Of a stretch of 64,000 nt of DNA, positions 10,401 through 22,900 are shown piece after piece (position 1 is the stretch's first letter; each line of letters starts with the position of its first letter). The stretch is taken from assembly GCA_030141605.1 (NCBI GenBank), contig JAQGDQ010000594.1, positions 1-64,000 of the forward strand, read 5' to 3'. The stretch comes from Tubiluchus corallicola. Lineage: Eukaryota; Animalia; Priapulida. The translations under genes were made by a program, and so were the position numbers. The notes under the pieces were generated by a model, which had not been told where the DNA came from, searched no databases, and worked only from the letters and a program-made list of their open reading frames with translations.

Positions 10401-13293
10401 TTAAAATGTAAAACGCAATAAGTATTATAACATCGTTCTTTCGGAAAAAGAATGACGTGGCCATGTTTTTCCACGGATAACTTCAGCCGCGGTTGCCGTT
10501 TTGTATGATGCTTATTGTATTGGACCAACAACTAATCATGACTCTAGGTTAATACTTAAATATCAAAAACATTTTGGATTTTTATATGCGTTAAAATGCA
10601 TATTTTTATTGTACTTCAAAATGGGATGGGATATGAAAAATCATCCCTTTTTCCTCTAAAGGAAGCAATAGAACCAAAGAATAAATGAATCGATAAAGAT
10701 CACCTTAACGCCTTTGTAGAATTTCTCGGGAAATTTCTTGACATACTCCTGCACTGGTTTGTCAATGTCAAGCTTTCCATCCTCCCACAAACGAGCCATA
10801 TCCGTTACCGTAATACACTTTGATATGCTAGCAATGCGCATGATGGCTTCCGGCAGGCAGCGAACTCTGTTCTCCAGGTCACAGTAACCCATGCCTTCTG
10901 ACCACACCTCCTTACCATCGACACTGACCGCTACGGTTAATCCAGGAGTGCCGACCTCATCCTGAACAAATAACTGTTGTCAAAATAATCACCGACACCA
11001 TCATTATAATCATTACCACCATCGGCATCATCATCATAACCAGCATCATCATCAAAATCTTCATTAACGCCATCATCACCCTCATCTTCAGCAACAATAA
11101 GCAATTAGGCATCTACATCTACTGCTAATACAGGTAGGCAATTAGCCTAGAAAACTGTAAAAAAGGTTAAAAAATTCATACTTCCGGACACAAGCAAATA
11201 AATAAAACATGTGATAACTCCTTATCATCAAATGATTAGCACCAATTTCAAAAAATAGTAGGAATCAGGGTTGTTGCCGAAACTGAATTTACAAACTGAA
11301 ATTTATGAACCATAAGAAACGTATGCCGAAACGAAACTGAACCCAAACATTTTTGCAGTACCAACTAGTATTAAAAGTGAAAAAAATTCTGAAATAAGTA
11401 AAATATTTTGTTTTTTTGTTTGCTTGATTGTTTATCTGCTGTGATGCAAAATTACTGATTAAAAAATTTTAATACAAAAAGGTACAAGGAAGTTTTGTAG
11501 TATATAACCTCAAGTTTGATGGAGTGGCTTACCTTAGAAAAGTGTATTTGGATTCAAGTATCCTTAATGATTAAGGTTTAAAGATCATAATCCTTCATTA
11601 AAAATAAACAAATTTTGTTTTATAGATATTTTGTTGCCTATATTTCATAAATAAAAATTTTGCTCAAATAAATTCAAACGTGGTTTGATATTTCGGTTGA
11701 TTGGGCCTGGAAACCCTATAACTTCACAGTAGTCAGCACTGAAAAATGCCACACTGCCGGTAAAAGCACGTGACAAACTTTATGTAAACGAGATTTTCGC
11801 TTTATTTGAACTTATTTAGTCAAGATTTTTCAGCAGTTTTTGGTATCTAGGTGAAAAGAAAAGGTAAATTGGTTAAATATTAGTAAAACCTCAGAAGAAT
11901 GCTATCGAAAATTATCCGAAATTTCAGCTACAAAATTTAAAAATTTTAATGAAACCGAAACTTAACCGAAAGTGCAAATATCGGCAAACCGAAAGGAAAA
12001 TTTCGTTTCGGTAACATCCTTCTACTTAGTATAGGTGCTTAGTGCAATTGCAAAGCAAAATTTTCCTAAAATAAAAAATATGAATTGCTAAGCATATGTA
12101 ACGACAAATGCCTTAGATGTAAAAATATGTAAAAATACATTTTCCAACTTACAGTTAACAAATTATTTCCCATTTAATTTTCTTTTGTAAATTTTTCATA
12201 TCCCTTCCCATCACCAGAACAGAGTTTGTGAAAAAGGCGAGGCATTTTAACAAACCCCTGTGGTTGTAGTCTTGTTATTTCACGGCCATCAGAGTTGTGA
12301 ATGACGGCAATACTAAATACAGAAAATAATTTTTTCTATTGAAATACCATTTCTTATCATTTCTAAGGTTTTCTCTATTTTGCATTAGGCTGGCAATAAA
12401 AATACTTCTGTTTCTGCGTGATCGCTCCGGTGATCTTTTCTACTACACGCCTAGCTGCAAATTTTACATTTTTGTGTGAGTGCGTTCATATACTTACCTG
12501 ACACAGTCATAGAAAAGCATATTTTTAAATTTAAAACATAAAATGCAATAATTATTATAACATCTTATGTTTCCGTGAGAGCACGGTCAAGTTTCTCTAC
12601 AGGTAGCTCTTGGCATTTCTTAAGAGACTGACATTCAGGCCAAGCAGTCACCGTTGTCACTATCCTAATTTAAAGTAAAAGCCCAGCCTCAACAGCAAAT
12701 TTTAGCAGAAGTTTAAGGAACACGTGTTGAAATGATATTCCACTTGCTTTTGTAAAATAATTAAGTAATTATATAAATAATTTAGGGATTTTACTTATAC
12801 CAATAGTGATATTTAATTATAGCAAATGATACGCGCAATTCAGCGGCAGGGCGGCCATTCACTGATGACACCAAGGTAGAACATTACTGCTAACCAGTGG
12901 GAAACAATTCAGCTTTAAACAATTGCAAAGCTTCAGAAATTTTTTTGCAAATTTTTTCTCCCTCTCCACTGGTATTTTCTGAACTCATGAAGCAAAACAG
13001 AAATGAAAGTCTTTTTGTCGCTGGACGTAAACATTTTTTGGACACCCTGTAAGAGGTAGTAGTGGGAAAATGCACACCTTTTTCCGTTGTAGGAGATCTC
13101 TGCACATCCCAATTGCATCACAGAGAGAAACTTTTCCCTTTAGCTGATTTTTTGTTGTTAAATTTTCAGGATCAAACGTCTCCTCAACAGGTGAGGCACT
13201 AAAAACAGACTTTGTTTTCGCTGCATAGATGGCAGTAGTCACGCCACACACGCCTCCGAGTAAAACAGCAATGCCATGCTTGGTAAAGAACAT
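4381..13293 (-). CDS. LACTB: Serine beta-lactamase-like protein LACTB (mitochondrial), ~509 aa
   Basis: Exons (minus): 13293-13078, 10961-10704, 10072-9929, 7966-7852, 7129-6964, 5011-4381; all GT-AG, phases consistent, 1530 nt (the exon-3 donor at 9928 is the least certain). Motifs DEVGTPG..VSVDGKEVWSEG, RIASISK (catalytic SxxK), SHLGGIRHY, FLYTTFGY, AGGGILST, HTGGAVG. An acceptor at 13331-13332 implies an upstream 5' UTR exon. Confidence 0.95.
5143..5600 (-). mobile_element. RTE-like LINE 3' fragment with (ATG)n tail
   Basis: Minus translation RSILGIKWPKKI..ENLYNR...KKPQG..TYINFIQKDL...AGDRAAWSKVI, then a (GAT)n tail at 5143-5163. Confidence 0.7.
6100..6779. mobile_element. Non-autonomous DNA element ending ...GGTCCTGAAGGAG-TTAA (piggyBac-like); second copy at ~56490-57146
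   Basis: ~650 bp colinear similarity between the two copies (GACATAACTAAATGATTACAAATTAGGTA ... CTTACGGTCCTGAAGGAGTTAA). Confidence 0.7.
7221..7687 (+). mobile_element. MITE family A copy (TIR AATAAGCCTTTTCACAG)
   Basis: Homologous to 8127-8532 (inverted), ~24896-25205, 37077-37455 and partial copies near 27340 and 38880. Confidence 0.85.
8127..8532 (-). mobile_element. MITE family A copy, inverted relative to 7221-7687
   Basis: TIRs AGCCTTTTCACAGT ... ACTGTGAAAAGGCT; body is the reverse complement of the 7.2-7.7 kb copy. Confidence 0.85.
8783..9218. mobile_element. Tc1/mariner (Tc2/pogo-type) MITE
   Basis: TIR CCATATATACTCGCAAATAAGCC / GGCTTATATGCGAGTATATACGG flanked by TA duplications; internal ATATAAGCCGACC repeats. 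Confidence 0.85.
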
Positions 13294-14868
13294 GACAGTT
13301 TTTGTAGAAGTTGCTGCTTAATTAAGGCACCTAAAAAAAGCAAATCCTACAGTTTTTTCAACTACTAAGATAATACAGGGTGGTACATAACCTATTACTA
13401 GGGGGTACAAAAACAATGAGTAATGGTACAGAACAATTTATTACATTTAATACATTATCAGAATTTATTACATTACATTACATTTATTACATTACGAAAC
13501 AATAGCTTCTGATGTGTCCCACAGCCTGCAGTCTTGAAAGGTATGATTGATGCAGGGACTAGTGGTGGGCTATTTACAGACTAATCGAATTAATCAAGAT
13601 TACAATTATATATAAATCGATATAATCGGCGATTGAACAGCAATTCAATTAATCGAGAGCAAAATATGTGTTACGCACCATACACATAACGTATGCGGCT
13701 AATATTTGGATATTTTATGCGCAAAATTTGGGTAGATTTTTTTTAACAGCCTGCCTCATTTCCTGTAGAAAAAATCGCTAAATTTGCACCATGTCATGGA
13801 CTTAATTTTAATAAGTAGCCTGTATAAATCAGTAATTTAAAGACGTAGGGCAATAAATTAGTTAAAGTTCAAGGAGCTGCTCCATATTAAAGTAATAAAG
13901 ACCATTGTATTGATAAAATGTTAACACAAATGATTTTTTCTTCACAGAAAAAGTTGTTTACCACAATTAAAAACTGCAAACAATAATGGATCTCAAAATG
14001 ATAATTTAATTACAGTAGTAACTTAAAATAGTGCTAGAAATGTCCCATCGTTGTAGACATTAAGCAAGCAGAATTCTATGTAAATCTGCAGAAATCTCCC
14101 AAATAGCAGCACGTGAAATGAAGCGATAACAAAAACCTTTGCGCAACTAAAAAAAAGTTCAATTCAAATAAGCTCTTTTGTCACAAAACAATTCTTATAC
14201 ACCTAAACACACTTGGTACTCGTTTCACAGAAAAATTTTTATTCCGAAAAGTTTTTTGCAAAAAAAAATTTGCCCTCAAAAATTTTTCAGGAAACCTTTT
14301 TGCCAGAAGAATTTGCTTCCCAGAAAAAATTCACAGAATTGCTATTTCACAGAAACCATAATCGAGTTTTTTAAGCACAATTAGATAATGCGCAGTAAAA
14401 TGTAGCTTATCTATTATAATTATGATTATTAGAGATCATAATAATGAAAAAGTCTGGTCGACTCAAACAGAGTTGTACTCGCTTCAGGTCAAGGCGAGAA
14501 TGCAGATTTATGACAGCAGAATAATTAGATGGCAAAACAAGTTTATTGGGCAAATTTAGACATCAAGCTTTTCGCAAGCCTATCTAGTGTGAAAATCCTT
14601 GGTGTTTTAATTTTTTGTTATTATTATAAACTTTATTAATTTTGAAAATTAATCATATATGAAAATGAATTCTATTTGAAGCAATTATAGGCAACAAATG
14701 AGAAAGCATTTTCGTTCTAAAAGATTGAAATTGTGGCAATGAAATTTCAAAACAAAATATTCTCCAAAAGAAAAAACGAAGTTGACCCCAAAACATCATT
14801 TTAATTTTTTGATATAGTCATTAGTCAAAGCACTATTGATAACTAAAGAAAAGCAGAAAATCAAAGAA

Positions 14869-14871
<3 letters not shown>

Positions 14872-14926
<55 letters not shown>
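14872..14926. repeat. (GA)n microsatellite
   Basis: Direct observation. Confidence 0.98.
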
Positions 14927-14929
<3 letters not shown>

Positions 14930-14969
14930 ACTGCATGAGGGAAAGCAAGAGAGGATTAAGAGAGACAAT

Positions 14970-15420
14970 TTATATACATCTAATAGTTGCTGCAATCGTT
15001 GTTACTAACAAACAAACATCATCAGGTTGTTCATAATCATGTTCGAGACATTGCAACCAAGATGAATGCTTAACACTTAGATCTTTAGAATAAAAATTAA
15101 AAAGAAAAGGTGACATCTTGTCACCTTGGAGTACTCCATTTCCAATATTAAGAGCTATATATTGACTGTGTCCCCACCTGACAGACATGCCTTGTTGCGT
15201 GTAATAAAATGTGAGCAAGTGGATTACAATATTTGGGATTGAAGTTTTTTTTTGAGTTTAAGAAAAAGTTTTGAGAAATTAACTCTATCAAGTGCCTTTG
15301 GCACGTCGATAAAAACAATGTGAACAGAGCTATCATGACTAATGTAATAGTCAATGATCTCCTTTAATGTGTTTATCCAAATTTTGGTGCCAAGTTTTTC
15401 TACATAACCAAACTGATTAG
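14970..15420 (-). mobile_element. Non-LTR retrotransposon reverse transcriptase fragment
   Basis: Minus frames give VHIVFIDVPKALDRVNF (cf. F.D.SKAFD.V) and NGVLQGDKMSPFLFNFY (cf. GV.QG..LSP.LF). Confidence 0.8.
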
Positions 15421-15427
15421 GAGTTGT

Positions 15428-15428
<1 letters not shown>

Positions 15429-15483
<55 letters not shown>

Positions 15484-15540
15484 GAGAGAGAAAGAGAGAC
15501 CAAAAGAGACAGACAGAGAAAGAGAGAAAGAGAAGAGATG
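15429..15540. repeat. (GA)n microsatellite and GA-rich tract
   Basis: Direct observation. Confidence 0.97.
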
Positions 15541-15875
15541 GTTAGAGAAGGAATAAAGAAATTAAATAACAGGTTGAGCAACTAAAAAAGTAAACGTGGT
15601 TTTTCTGTAAAGTGAGTTTTCTAGGAAAAAGGTTTCTCGATTAAAAAAAATTCTCTGGCAACTTTTTTGAAAGAAAAGTTTTTCCTGGGAAATCGTTTTT
15701 CTGTGAAAGCTCAAGAGCATCTTCCGTGAAACTCTTTTTTTCTGGGAAACTGACCTAAATCATGTCACACTCCCATAGTTAACCCCCATTAAAAAGCATT
15801 GTTCTGACCTGATTATTTTTTATAAATGTGAATAATTCAGACTAATTACATAGCTTAATTACCTTCTCATTAAAA

Positions 15876-16020
15876 TAAATGAACTATGAACTATGAATTT
15901 ATTTTCATGCGTAAAACTACAAAATCAAACACATCAATAATTTTAAATAAAATATTTTGAGTAGTGCGAGGTTGAGTACGACCACACGGTCATTAACACA
16001 CTCACCTTACTTAAAAATGA
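15876..16020. repeat. Interspersed repeat; inverted copy at ~63190-63335
   Basis: GAACTATGAACTATGAATTT...CTCACCTTACTTAAA is the reverse complement of the 63.2 kb copy. Confidence 0.8.
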
Positions 16021-16859
16021 CCATATTTATGCATGCTTCTATAGATAGCTTAGCAGTGCAAATAAGGATGATGTAAATAATGTAATAATAGCAATGATAG
16101 AAGAGCAATAAAACCGAAAGTTGAGAAAGCAAAATATTATATATCGGCCAAGGTTGTATGCATTCGTGTGCACAAAGTAAAAATCATTTGTACTGTTTTT
16201 TAATTTGGTGCCAAGTTTTAGTGCAACTAAAGAATAATATTTACTAGAGTCTGTACTATATGTAATTATCTGGATCTTGAGAATCTTCACATATGGGCGA
16301 CAGAAATAAAGAAAGTTAATGTAAGTAGATAAGAAAAAAGCAGAAACACTTGTGCTGAAGATAGATGAGAATTCCTCATCATCGCAGCCCTAAAATGGAA
16401 GTAAAACGTTAATACAGTTTATACAGTGGTAAGGCTCACTACTACTGCCTAATTTACGGAATTCTGAAAGGAACAAGATGAACAGTTAAATAGTCTCATT
16501 AGTTAGATTTAAGGTACTCTAGCATACGTAATTCAACATTGCAAATGCTGAACTGGTTTGTCAGCATAGAGATGAGTATTTGGCAGTTTTGATTGCTGGG
16601 GAGATTTATACTCAGCGACGGGTCGACGACTGCATTTTATATAAGTACTATGTAAAACATCAATGTTTCAAATTCAGGCAGTGTTCTAAATTTTTGCATT
16701 TCTGTTTTTCAAATTTCGGTTCAAAATAATTTAAGCAATTATACTGTCTGTATCATCGCTAATATTAATGCTAATAATAATAATAGATTATAAAATTGTT
16801 TATAGATAAGTAACATATATACATTGAACAAACAAAATTAAACTGAATCAGAGTAATAT

Positions 16860-16922
16860 GTATTCAATCAACCGCTGACTTTAGACTGCGCTGTGACGTA
16901 ATAGATTTCTTGGAAACTAACA
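16860..16922. promoter_or_regulatory. Putative RFK promoter, possibly bidirectional with LACTB
   Basis: CRE/ATF-like TGACGTAA ~30 bp upstream of the RFK ATG; head-to-head gene arrangement. Confidence 0.4.
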
Positions 16923-19900
16923 ATGGCGTCACCTTTGCCGTATTTTGCTAGCGGAGAAGTTGTTAAAGGTTTTGGACGAGGATGCAAAGAGCTAGGCATA
17001 CCAACAGGTTTAATTACCAACATAGTTTTTGGCTTTCTGCTGCAGTTCTATGCAGGAACTTGTGTTGTACCGACTCCGTATCGTCTAGAATGAAAATGAA
17101 ACATCGTTCATATCATAGCCTTGTGTACATTAAGTCATTATTTATAGTCACTGCTTGTATGGTAAATTGTAAAGACGACTGACGTAATGCTAGTAAACTG
17201 TATGCGGAAGAGATAGTGTGTCGAACGAACTCACTGAACCTTAAATAATGTAATCTCCTAAATGTTGTCCTAGTTCAAAGGCTGTTCATTAAGCCATGAA
17301 CGTTTGTAAGCGGATCATATACATGCTATCCATGATAAGCAGTGTGTTTTACAAACGGATCGTGTGATAAACTGTTATCTCACCTTGTCAATGACTGCTA
17401 TGTTTAATCAGTATTATAACGGACGAACTTATCACCTGTGGATGTATATCTATATGGTCGATTTGTGAGGGGAGGAGGTTTTTCGTAGAAATATGTGCAA
17501 TTTCTCCTTGAAAATTTAAATAGCCACCCAGCAAACTATTGTGTCCACGTGTTTTGACCCAACTAACCGACTAAACCTATTAACCGATGGGCGTAGTATT
17601 ACAGGTATAGAAGTATGAGTCATCAGCTTATTATGCACTGCAAATGGTTTTTAATAAATTTTAGAAATGAACTAATGCCTGAATTTCTTTGTGCTGTTAA
17701 AAATTAGAAAAAATATTTTAAAATATTAATTTATGTAAGTGAATTAACAATAAATTAAGAAGTATACTTTTCTAAGTCTGTTTATTTGCAAAAATTCCAA
17801 AAATTCCTTCAAAGTCGGCTGCTGCATTTTCTTGCGAAGAACTTGGCCCACAAAGTTCTCGTAATTACAAAAACGTTGAAAATATGTTCTGCTCACTTAC
17901 ATTGCTCCTATTTGCTGTACGATATTTACTCTTGTAAGTTACAAGGAATACCAGCTGATTGTACTGTACCCGCATCTTTGACTGTTAACTCATTAAGCCT
18001 GAAAGCACGGTTTGCAACGAGAGCATCAAAAGGAAACCGCTAGGCAAGTGATTAAATGTTGTTTAGCTTCCAGAAATTCTTTGGGTAACAGTGGGCAAGC
18101 GGGTAACAGATTCAAAGCAAAACCGCTACGCCAGCGTATTAGCACATGATAAACGTACCTTCTTACAAACAAAACAGTACTTAACATGTATACGTAGTGC
18201 ACAAAAGGGAAGTAAAGATGACACAAAAGTGGGAAAGGCTCTTTGGGCACGTACAAATTTCTTATTTTAAGTAGGTGAAGGAAAAATATTGAGTCAATTA
18301 TGCGGAGTTATTGGAGTCAATTACCGATAGTTTTTTATGTATATTTGAATAGAAGCGGCCCCGTTCCATGCATTTTTGAGTCAATTAAGTGACTGAGTCT
18401 ATTAACTGTGAGTCTGTGTAGCAGCGTCTACTGAAGTTTCTTTTTAGATTTAAGTAAATTGCGATGATGCCTTTGAAAATGTGTTTTGTCAGAAGCACAT
18501 GTTGGTTCATCCGCAAATTATTTTAATATTTCCGAGTGATTTTTTTTTAGTTTGCAAAACATTATACAAAATTTGAATTTCACATAATTGAAAATATGTA
18601 ATTTACATATTCATATTTACATAATATACATAATTTAAAACTGACATTATAATTTACTGTAGTCTAATTTGTAATCTTATATCGGATGGCTCAAGGAAAG
18701 TGTTGAATGTTTTGATCACGATATTATAAGGAGAAAAAAATGGAATCACTTGAAAATTAACGGATTGATGTTAGCGGTATTTATGTAAAAATACTAAAAG
18801 TTTTAAGTCTTTGCCTTAGATTTAACCAAATATAGAGAAGTTTTAAAGCAATGAGTCAAAAAAAAGGAAAAAATTGAATGTCACTGTTGTTAAAATTTAC
18901 AGTGAAATTTACCTCTAAGTGTTCACCGTCATTATTTGTCAAATTAGACAAAGGTACTTTTCCTACAGCTGATACAGCTTCTTTATGGTGTATTTGGTCC
19001 CAGCACTCAAGCCTTTGGTCCCAGCCTTTAGTTCCTCTGCACAGGGCCTATTTCGGCCTAAGCGAGGCCCGAGGAAGTGGGGCGTGTGAGGCCCCTCGGG
19101 GTGGGGGCGGTACCAACTGTTTGAACTGCTAGAACACCGGAGAAGCATTTTCAAAGAGAAAATATGGAGTTATACAGTTGTTAATGGAAAGAACAATTGA
19201 AAGAAAAACTGCTTTATTCTCAAGACCAGTCCTTAATACTTGTCAATACTGGCAAACGGCGTGCGTGCAGCAAGAGAGACGGAGAGAGGAGGCAGTATGT
19301 TCGCATAAAGCAAATAAATGTTACCTTGGCGCGAGGCTCCGGGGAAGTATCCCCACTCCCCCCCTGAAATAGGCCCTGCCTCTGCATCAAATGGTTCAGT
19401 GCAGTTCACTTTCTCTTAAAATGAAATTCCAGATACATGATTAAGTTTCATTTTTTCTTGGCAACAAAACTTTTTCGGTGCTTTATTTTCAAAGGCATAG
19501 TGTAAACTGGTTGATTTCTTTATTGTTTGCTGCCATGCATTAGGTACCTTACACATTAACTAAGTATTTTTTACTGATGATGGGACTGGCATTGTTCTAG
19601 CATTTAATTTTTCAATGTGCAAACATTTTTTAGCATTAAGTTAAAAACTGCCAAAACCATAAACACGCAACTTTCACAGCCATAATCTAATGCATTGTAA
19701 TATCAGGTTGTGAAATTTCAACATTGTAGGGCACTTGCTTATTGTAGGTTAAACTTCGGCACATTTTTTCTGTGCCACCTTTTATATGATTATATAATTT
19801 ATTTGATTTGCAAATTGCAAAAACTTTTACGTAAAAGTTACACAATTACGCAGTTAGAAAGAGGCGAGGTGATGAAAGACCAAAGGGTCACCTTTGCTAC

Positions 19901-22900
19901 CTCCCTTAATAACAGACTAATAATCACAATGAGAAAATAAAATAATGGCGATAGTGACATCTGGTGAGAGGAAAAGAATTTTTTGGGGAGTTCTGCAATT
20001 TGCTGTCAGATTTACGTGTACAGGCTACATAGTTGATTTATTTTGCTCAGTCATTGGACCTTTGCTCGGATTTATCACAATTGCAAACATTATCATGGAC
20101 TATGTTCCCTAATGTCAAGGTGTCTCTATTCTTAATCAGTTTGTTGTTAGTGCTCGCCGTATTTACAACGTTCAGAATGTTGAAGTGATCTAGACAGTTT
20201 GACTCTGAAATTATTTCGACCAGAAGATTGTGTTAGAATTAACAGCTTTTCGAATTCTGTCAATGTGCTTTCTTTTGTACAAATGAACAGTGCACAACTG
20301 TTTATGAAACATATGTTTTTAGTGCTTTTTGAGCAACACTTTATGTTTCAACTCTCTACAGTAACTGTTAGTTGCTCTTTGTCCTATTAGATAAATTAGT
20401 ATCTGATTTGCTGTTCGCATTTCTGGTGGTAATGATGTTCAAGGCTTGGTTGCCTTTTTGTACATACGGTCGAATAGTGAAGGGATTTGGTCGTGGCAGC
20501 TCTCAGCTATTGATGCCAACAGGTGCGAGAAATCACCCATGATCTGGCTTCGCTTTCTTTTACTTGTAAACAGAGAAACATATTAAGATTCTGCTTACAG
20601 TAGCTGACAATTGTGTGCTTAGAGCGGAATTTTCTTGATGTACCCGTGGTTTTTATTATTTATTTATTTGTGCTTTTTTGTTTTTTTTTAATAACTCGCA
20701 CACGCGCTGGGCTAGGTTTACAATGATCATATTATAACTTTTTGAAACTCGCTAATAACTTGTTAAGAAATTACCTGTGTGACCACGTTATGTGCTTGCT
20801 TGAAAAGACAAGCAACAAAAGACTTAGTTAATAATTATATTGGTTGAACAGAGACAATATTATGCCCTTCGCAGCCTTCAGTTGTAGACCAATGGTGAAA
20901 AAGAGGCAACGTCCAAATTCAGTAAAGCTTTTATTATCAAGCACAACAGTACCTGATGTTAGCTACTTTCAAAAACATTTTTTGTTTTAAAAACAAAAGC
21001 CCTCACATAATTATAACATCTCCTGTCACAAAAGCAGAATCTTACCACAGTTTTTAGCACGGTCAAAAGCGTCGATTAGTTGAATTTGCTTTTCGGTTAC
21101 ATGCCATGTGCTAATGGTGGAATATATTTAATGAAAGAGTGAGCCAGAATGAATGAAAAGATGGAATGAACCGGCATGTATTAAAATTTCTAAGCTGAGA
21201 GAAATTAAATATAAAGCATACAGTGCTATGAGCATCAAACCATAAGCCTCGACTATAACTCATACATTTCAGCAAAGTTTGGCCTCAAAAATTTAGCCAA
21301 TGTTTGTGGGTTCAGTCCATCTTTAGAGCTAAAATTTCAGCCAGAATTAGAAGCGAAACAAGTGCACATGCTTCGGTACATACAACTATATTTTAATGAT
21401 AAGACATTGGTTAGAATTTTGATGCTCATTTTTCTATCAACCTGTTCACATGACCTTATGACATTGTATTAATTAATTTTAAAGGAAAGAACATACCACT
21501 TGTTTTTAAGGGAAAAGACACATTGTTGTTTTATTGTTATCACATAAACTAAGAAAAATACAACAAAGAAATTTTCAAAAAGCTGTCTGTAAAGCATAAA
21601 GTTAATTTATACTACTGTAAAGAAATTTTCAGACCGAGGTAGTTGCCGCCATTCACTTGAAAGTTCTGATGTAACTGATGGACTTGATGATTTTTCGTAC
21701 GTGCGCCAAGGCTTTTTGCAAGTGCGGGCTGCTTAAACTAATTCAAATTTGTGCAGCTTGTCTATTGTTCGTGTAGAAACTTAGCTATCTTATTTTGCAA
21801 AAACATTTAGACTTGGAACGTAATTGACAGCGCGCTTATTTTCTTCAATCAATGAACAATGCCATTGGTGGAAAAATTGGCATTCAAAGTTGACCCCCTG
21901 GCGTGAAACAATCACAACTTTAAAATGATTTTACTAATTACACGAGGTCCTGGAATGCTTGACCTTTTCTTTAGTGACAGTTGCAACTAGTGTTAGAAGA
22001 AAATGAAGATGACAGCTACATAAAATGAAAAGTTTTAGCAACACATTGAGTCAATATAATGAATTTCCTGTCAACTGAATTAAAGGCAGGACAGACAGAC
22101 GAACGTACAAGTAGACTAAATTTTCACAAGTGTGAAGATTTTTGCAACTATTACTGTTCATGATCAATTGCAGCTTATTGTACTTTTGCAGCTAACTATC
22201 CGGAAGAGGTGGTCGACGTTTTACCAGATAAAGTTGAGTGTGGTATCTACTATGGCTGGGCACAGGTTGATAATGGTGAAGTGTACAAGATGGTTATGAA
22301 TATCGGATGGTGCCCTTTTTACCGCAACAAGCAGAAGTCAATGGTGAGTGGTTCGAGGGTTTTTTAAAACACAAGTAAACACTCTCCATAAATGAAAGCA
22401 TAAATAAGTTGTCTTCAAATTTTGTATCACTTAACTGCTATCTTATTGCATGCAGGGCTTACGGTAGCAGTACGTTGTATAAAACTTGTGAATTTAAACT
22501 CTCACAGTGACAGTTTGGTACTGCCATTTTGGTGGTAAGTCATTTGAAAAAGTTTACATAACACTGTGTAAAGTTTGAAAAATAATCAGAGCATTCGTAG
22601 GACACTCTTTGCTAATTACACTGTACTTTGTGGTTTGCCGGACCTCAGTTTTATGGATATCGGAAAAATCGGATGAAATCTGGACTGTTAAAAGTCCTGA
22701 ATACTACGGACACAGTCAGTTGTTCTGCGAGCTGACTGCTAGTTGGTGGGCCGTCACTTTGTTTACATCATTACATCTGTCCAACGAAACAGGACATGTA
22801 GTTTGTATGTGCGGAGTGGCCTGTGCTAGATGTTTTTGAGACAATTAGGCGATTGATTCTACATCACCGTGAGTCTAATACATAGCTCCTACTGTATTAA

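Noticed and set aside
14836-15036. (ER)n ORF, and the poly-Ile ORF at 52524..52799
   Set aside because: Microsatellite translations.
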